Source: Elusimicrobiota bacterium
GTDB taxonomy: Bacteria; CG03
Reading direction: 5' to 3'
Assembly (NCBI GenBank): GCA_021161625.1
Contig: JAGHAG010000020.1
Location: 1 to 10,027 of the forward strand
Length of the DNA: 10,027 bases
How positions within the stretch are numbered: position 1 is the first letter of the stretch; every line of letters begins with the position of its first letter. The notes beneath the pieces are model-generated. The model ran no database searches, was not told the origin of the DNA, and saw only the letters and a program-made list of their open reading frames with translations. Position numbers and translations under genes: made by a program. Below are positions 6,288 to 10,027 of this stretch, one piece after another.

Positions 6288-6770
6288 TTAGATATCTATA
6301 ATCTGCCAGCTTAAATCCTGAGTTTCTAAAACAACTATACTTTTTCTTCCTTTAAGCCATCCCCCTGTTTCACCAGGGTTTATGATAAGGGTTTTTCCCA
6401 TTTTTCTTATGTCAACAATATGGGTGTGACCGTATATAACAACATCATAAACGCCTTTTTCAGCGATACTTTCAATAAAATCAGGCTCGTGAACCATAAA
6501 AATTTTTCTTCCGCCAATTTCAATATCAAGGAATTTGTTGAATTGTGCTATTTCTTTAAATTTTTCCTTTAAAAATTCCTTCTCTCCATCATTGTTTCCA
6601 AAAACAAAATAATATCTAAATGGAAATTTTGAAAATTCCTTATAGGTTATAGGTGAAATTATATCACCTGCATGCAGAACAACCTCTACCTCATTTTGCT
6701 TAAAAATTTCAAGAGCTTTTGCAATGGCTGGCATATTTTCATGAGAATCTGACATTATGCCTATCTTCAT
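6288..6770 (-). CDS. Metallophosphoesterase, YfcE/MJ0936 family phosphodiesterase, 160 aa
   Basis: MKIGIMSDSH, VLHAGDI, FGNND, FMVHEP and GHTH are the calcineurin-like phosphoesterase metal-ligand motifs, in the order and length typical of the MJ0936 family. The ATG at 6770..6768 overlaps the upstream TGA as ATGA. Confidence 0.88.
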   Translation of the reverse strand: MKIGIMSDSHENMPAIAKALEIFKQNEVEVVLHAGDIISPITYKEFSKFPFRYYFVFGNNDGEKEFLKEKFKEIAQFNKFLDIEIGGRKIFMVHEPDFIESIAEKGVYDVVIYGHTHIVDIRKMGKTLIINPGETGGWLKGRKSIVVLETQDLSWQIIDI

Positions 6771-7618
6771 AAATCCGCCTTTTTCAGAATTTCGTCTGCT
6801 CTTTTGTAGGATTTTTTTAAAACCTCGTCAATATCATCAAATCTTGCTCCACCAAGAACTTCCAGCATAAAACAATTTTTAAAATTTATCTCTTTAAGTG
6901 CTTTTACAAATTCCATCCAGTCAATATTGCCATCTCCAGGGGGCAGGTGTGCGGAATATGTGCTGTTGTTGTCGGAAACATGCAGTGTAAAAAGACGGTC
7001 TGCAATTTCTTTTAAAAAATCAACTGGATTTCCTATAAGATTTGCATGCCCCACATCAAAACACACCCCAAGATATTCTTTCGGAAACCTGTCAATTAGT
7101 GTGAGCAAATCTTTTGCCCATCCGCCGAGCAGATGAGGCGAAGGATTTTCACAGGCAACTTTTACATTGTGAAGCATGGCATTTTCAAGGATTTCGTTTA
7201 AACTTTTTCTGACTGCCTGAATTTTCTTCTTGACAGTATCTATGTCTGTCAGAGGAAAGGTTTTTACAGACGGATGAATAACAATATATTCTGCATTAAA
7301 AAATTCACAAAGTGAAATTGTCTTTTTTATTTCAGCAACAGCAATGCTCCTCTGCATCTCATCCATTGATGAAATGTCAAGCAACTCACTGAATGGTGCA
7401 TTCAGGGAAACAACATTCAAAGAAAGAACCCTTAAATCTCTTTTTATCTCCTCAACTTCCTCTGCTTTGTTATAGTCAAAATGCGTTTCCTTGCCCCATT
7501 TTGATGCGCCAACCCACAACTCAATTGCCTTAAAACCTGCTGATTTTATTTTGGGTAAATAAAAATTTATTCTTCTATGATAAAAAAGTCCTGTTGAAAT
7601 TCCAATATCAAGCACCAA
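6767..7618 (-). CDS. Sugar phosphate isomerase/epimerase, xylose isomerase-like TIM barrel (AP endonuclease family 2 fold), about 282 aa
   Basis: Motifs IVIHPS, KVACENPSP, GVCFDVGHANLIG, FTLHVSDNNS and CFMLEV match the conserved metal-ligand positions of COG1082 / xylose-isomerase-like barrels. The start is TTG at 7618 or, more likely, GTG at 7615. A strong SD, AAGGAGGA, lies immediately upstream at 7619..7626 on the minus strand. Which enzyme of this superfamily it is cannot be assigned from the sequence. Confidence 0.82.
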   Translation of the reverse strand: MVLDIGISTGLFYHRRINFYLPKIKSAGFKAIELWVGASKWGKETHFDYNKAEEVEEIKRDLRVLSLNVVSLNAPFSELLDISSMDEMQRSIAVAEIKKTISLCEFFNAEYIVIHPSVKTFPLTDIDTVKKKIQAVRKSLNEILENAMLHNVKVACENPSPHLLGGWAKDLLTLIDRFPKEYLGVCFDVGHANLIGNPVDFLKEIADRLFTLHVSDNNSTYSAHLPPGDGNIDWMEFVKALKEINFKNCFMLEVLGGARFDDIDEVLKKSYKRADEILKKADL

Positions 7619-7630
7619 TCCTCCTTTTTG

Positions 7631-9022
7631 TTATTTTAACAATTTTTTGTAAATTGTGATATACTTCTGTGCTGATTTATCCCATGAAAAATTCTGTGTG
7701 ATTGCCCTTTTAACAAGTTTTTCCCAATCATGTGCGCTTTTGAAACATCTATTTGCTTCAAGAACTGCCTCAACAAGGGATTGTGATGAATATCTCTTTA
7801 GAAAAAATCCTGTCCCTGTTTTTTTGCGAAAATTATATGGTTTCACAGTATCCTTAAGCCCTCCAACAGGAGTTACAACAGGCACCGTTCCATAACTTAG
7901 AGCAATCATCTGCCCCAGTCCACAGGGTTCAAAACGAGATGGCATTAAAAAAATGTCACTGCCAGCATAAATTCTGTGAGCAAGTTTTTCGTCAAAGATA
8001 AAATTAAGAGAAAATCTATTCTGAAATTTTTTCTGTATCTTTAAAAATTTCTCTTTCCAGGGGCCCTCACCATCTGCTAACATTACAAAAGAAATGCCCT
8101 TCTTCAAAATAATCGGGAGTGCCTCTGCAATTATTTCAACGCCTTTTTGTTCGGCAAATCTGCCTACAAAAGAGGCAAGCATGCTTTTTTTATGGGGAAT
8201 TTTGCAGAATTTTAAAAGTTCTGCCTTGCACTTTTTCTTTCCTGAAATGTCTTTTGCCGAATATCTGTGTGAAATAAATTTATCCTTTTCAGGATTCCAC
8301 ACTGAATAATCAATTCCATTAAGAATTCCTCTTATTTTGTTTTTTCTTTTTCTTAAAATACCTTCCAGTCCGCAACCAAATTTTTCTGTAAGAATTTCTT
8401 TTGCATAATTAGGACTGACCGTTGTAATAAAGTCGCAGTTCAAAATTCCAAGCATAAGAAAATTAAATCTTCCATGGGGAAGTTCTTCAAACTTCAAATC
8501 AGCATAAGGTGCAAAACTTGCACTGAATTCTCCCTGATAAGCAAGATTGTGAATTGTAAGCACAGATGGAATACTTGCAAAATCATTTTTTTTCAACACA
8601 GGGATTAAAGATGTCTGCCAGTCATTTAAGTGAAACACATCAGGTTTTATTTTTAATTCTTTTACGCTGTGCAAGACTGCCTTCTGAAAAAAAATAAATC
8701 TCAAACCATTGTCAGGAAAATCACCTCTGCTGTTTCCATAAATCCCGTCCCTGTCAAAAAATTTTTTCTGTCTTATAAAAAAAAATCTCACACCTTTTTC
8801 TTTCTTTTCAAAAATTTCAAATTTTAAAGTATATTCTTTCAATGTAAGAGAGGAACTTTTTACAAAAGAAAAATTCCCCTTAACCTGTCTGTAATATGGT
8901 GAAAATACAAAAACCTTTACTCTGTTTCTTACAAGAATTTTGGGGAGTGTCCCTGAAACATCAGCAAGACCGCCTGTCTTTGAAAATGGGGAAACTTCTG
9001 AGGAGAGAAAAACAACCCTCAT
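7631..9022 (-). CDS. glgA: Glycogen (starch) synthase, ADP-glucose type, GT5, 463 aa
   Basis: N-terminal FLSSEVSPFSKTGGLADV is the KTGGL signature. C-terminal FLMPSRFEPCGLGQMIALSYGTVPVVTPVGGLKDTV is the GlgA E-x7-E region. The ATG at 9022..9020 overlaps the upstream HIT-gene TGA as ATGA. Confidence 0.92.
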   Translation of the reverse strand: MRVVFLSSEVSPFSKTGGLADVSGTLPKILVRNRVKVFVFSPYYRQVKGNFSFVKSSSLTLKEYTLKFEIFEKKEKGVRFFFIRQKKFFDRDGIYGNSRGDFPDNGLRFIFFQKAVLHSVKELKIKPDVFHLNDWQTSLIPVLKKNDFASIPSVLTIHNLAYQGEFSASFAPYADLKFEELPHGRFNFLMLGILNCDFITTVSPNYAKEILTEKFGCGLEGILRKRKNKIRGILNGIDYSVWNPEKDKFISHRYSAKDISGKKKCKAELLKFCKIPHKKSMLASFVGRFAEQKGVEIIAEALPIILKKGISFVMLADGEGPWKEKFLKIQKKFQNRFSLNFIFDEKLAHRIYAGSDIFLMPSRFEPCGLGQMIALSYGTVPVVTPVGGLKDTVKPYNFRKKTGTGFFLKRYSSQSLVEAVLEANRCFKSAHDWEKLVKRAITQNFSWDKSAQKYITIYKKLLK

Positions 9023-9492
9023 TTTTTATTTTTAAAATACTTTTTTAATTGCTCGCTTATCTTAACAGGGTCTGATGAAACAACCCTTGCCCCTGAAACT
9101 GAGGTCATAAAATTAACATCTCCCTTCCATCTTGCAACAATGTGCAAATGAATGTGTTTTTCAAATCCTGCGCCTGAAACTGAACCCTGATTTATTCCAA
9201 AGTTTATTCCCTGACATTTAAAGAGTTTATAAAATGCTTGAGAAATTTTTTTTGCAAAATCCCATATTTCAAGGATTTCTTCTTTTTTCAACTGTTCTAC
9301 TTTTGAAATATGTCTGAATGGTGCCACCATAACATGCGCTGTTGTGTAAGGATAGAGATTTACAAGGCAGAAAGAATATTTTCCTTTAAGAAAAATCAGT
9401 TTTTTTGTTGTTCTGTCAGGTTTACAGAATATACATCTTTTGGTTTTTTTTGAAAAATACCTGTCTCTCCACGGTGCATAAAGATATTTCAC
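9019..9492 (-). CDS. HIT-family protein of the Ap4A phosphorylase / Rv2613c-like clade, 157 aa
   Basis: Histidine triad HIHLHIV. CIFC zinc-motif. LYAPWRDRYF..., CLVNLYPYTTAHVMVAPFRHIS and GINFGINQGSVSGAGFEKHIHLHIVARWKGDVNF parallel the M. tuberculosis Rv2613c Ap4A phosphorylase sequence as I recall it. GTG start at 9492, 1 nt after the PilZ TAA. Confidence 0.8.
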   Translation of the reverse strand: MKYLYAPWRDRYFSKKTKRCIFCKPDRTTKKLIFLKGKYSFCLVNLYPYTTAHVMVAPFRHISKVEQLKKEEILEIWDFAKKISQAFYKLFKCQGINFGINQGSVSGAGFEKHIHLHIVARWKGDVNFMTSVSGARVVSSDPVKISEQLKKYFKNKK

Positions 9493-9493
9493 A

Positions 9494-9844
9494 TTATCCT
9501 GCCTGCTCTTTAAGAAGTTTTTTTATAAATCTCTTTATAAGAAATCTTTTAAAGAATCCCTTTTCCAAAAACTCTATACCATAGGAATAGGTTCCTGTTG
9601 AACGGGCAACTCTACGAATAACCCCTTCAAAAACATATTCTTTTCCACTTTTAAGGGTTATTGCTAAATCAAGACGCTCGCCAGGTTCAAATTTTTCCGT
9701 GCACTCAAAACCTGCACCACCCACACTGATATCAGTAAGACATCCCCTTGCCCTTGGTTTAAATGTTCCCGGAAGAAAAATATCTATCAAAACGATGTTT
9801 TTAAACCTGTCAAACCTCCTTTTAGATTGTTTTATTGCACTCAT
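9494..9844 (-). CDS. PilZ-domain protein (c-di-GMP receptor), 116 aa
   Basis: Both PilZ c-di-GMP-binding motifs are present with correct spacing: RRFDR (RxxxR) near the N-terminus and DISVGGAGF (DxSxGG) about 25 aa later. ATG at 9844..9842. It is the first gene after a good promoter. Confidence 0.72.
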   Translation of the reverse strand: MSAIKQSKRRFDRFKNIVLIDIFLPGTFKPRARGCLTDISVGGAGFECTEKFEPGERLDLAITLKSGKEYVFEGVIRRVARSTGTYSYGIEFLEKGFFKRFLIKRFIKKLLKEQAG

Positions 9845-9849
9845 AATAT

Positions 9850-9878
9850 ATTATAATCTGAAAGCAAAAAAAAAGCAA
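9850..9878 (-). promoter_or_regulatory. Promoter of the PilZ-led operon: -35 TTGCTT (9878..9873), 17-nt spacer, -10 TATAAT (9855..9850), then 5 nt (ATATT) to the ATG. Predicts a leaderless mRNA.
   Basis: Read directly from the minus strand: caTTGCTTtttttttgctttcagatTATAATatattATG. There is no SD between the -10 and the ATG. Confidence 0.55.
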
Positions 9879-9885
9879 TGTGAAT

Positions 9886-9968
9886 TTTGTCTCATAGTAC
9901 GACCGCTACAATCTTTGTCTCCATATCACTTTATTTTCTTGTCACTTTACTTTCTTGTCTCCATATCA
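9886..9968. promoter_or_regulatory. Direct-repeat array upstream of the PilZ-operon promoter. The 14-bp perfect direct repeat TTGTCTCCATATCA occurs at 9915..9928 and 9955..9968, exactly 40 bp apart. A degenerate third copy TTGTCTCATAGTA at 9887..9899 abuts the -35. A CTTGTCAC half-site sits between the perfect copies at 9938..9945.
   Basis: Read directly. Spacing of four helical turns and a position just upstream of a -35 are typical of transcription-factor operator or activator sites. Confidence 0.5.
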
Positions 9969-9989
9969 TTTTTTCAATTTAAAATTCAA

Positions 9990-10006
9990 TCCCGTAAAAT
10001 ACGGGA
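9990..10006 (-). terminator. Stem-loop TCCCGTA-aaa-TACGGGA. On the minus strand it is followed by TTGAATTTTAAATTG. Possible terminator of a minus-strand gene lying beyond the window end.
   Basis: Inverted repeat read directly. The T-tract is interrupted, so this is a weak call. Confidence 0.3.
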
Positions 10007-10027
10007 CAAAATGCAAAATGACAATCC

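Noticed and set aside
6767-7618. Calling the TIM-barrel protein endonuclease IV (nfo) because of the adjacent MGMT gene
   Set aside because: Several Nfo metal-ligand positions differ, for example GDGNIDW in place of GEGNIGH. The motifs fit the broader sugar-phosphate isomerase/epimerase family (COG1082) equally well. It is left generic.
5833-8309. Small ORFs 5833..6030 (-), 6927..7136 (+), 7656..7895 (+) and 8094..8309 (+)
   Set aside because: They are nested within or antisense to longer, motif-supported genes (DUF3307-like, isomerase, glgA). They have no independent support.
1-10027. Mobile elements, CRISPR arrays and defence islands
   Set aside because: No integrase, transposase or recombinase motifs, no terminal inverted repeats flanking a gene, and no regularly spaced repeat-spacer array were found. 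The repeats present are short regulatory-type repeats.

Overview
AT-rich bacterial chromosomal window, genetic code 11, with the anti-SD signature GGAGGTG. Almost everything is encoded on the minus strand; the single plus-strand gene is ndk. From right to left the window holds the following.

- **Long minus-strand gene string (9844 down to 3168):** nine tightly packed genes that look like one operon. In order they are a PilZ c-di-GMP receptor, a HIT protein resembling Ap4A phosphorylase (Rv2613c), glycogen synthase GlgA, a xylose-isomerase-like TIM-barrel sugar-phosphate isomerase, a YfcE/MJ0936 metallophosphoesterase, a DUF3307-like membrane protein, a standalone MGMT C-terminal domain that keeps the PCHRV active site, an unusual membrane protein (signal peptide, TPR repeats, ER/K-rich single alpha helix, TM helix, HEAT repeats), and a stomatin/SPFH protein. 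Four of the gene junctions are ATGA stop/start overlaps and one is a TTGA overlap.
- **tRNA:** a tRNA-Leu(UAA) sits at 2991..3074 on the minus strand, preceded by an odd set of direct repeats and hairpins.
- **Ndk:** a divergent nucleoside diphosphate kinase at 2462..2962 on the plus strand.
- **Phosphate uptake pair:** a PiT inorganic phosphate transporter at 1164..2381 (-) is translationally coupled through an ATGA overlap to a DUF47/TIGR00153 Pit accessory protein at 499..1167 (-).
- **Left edge:** tandem perfect hairpins at 406..459, then a Phe-rich polytopic membrane protein gene starting at 367 (-) that is missing from the ORF track and runs off the window.

Three promoters share a leaderless geometry of TTGnnT-N17-TAnnnT-N5-ATG. 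No CRISPR array, IS element or integrase was seen.

The most system-like novelty is the PilZ-led operon that ties a c-di-GMP receptor to alpha-glucan synthesis enzymes and to a stomatin with a non-NfeD membrane partner. All family calls come from reading motifs by eye. No database search was run.
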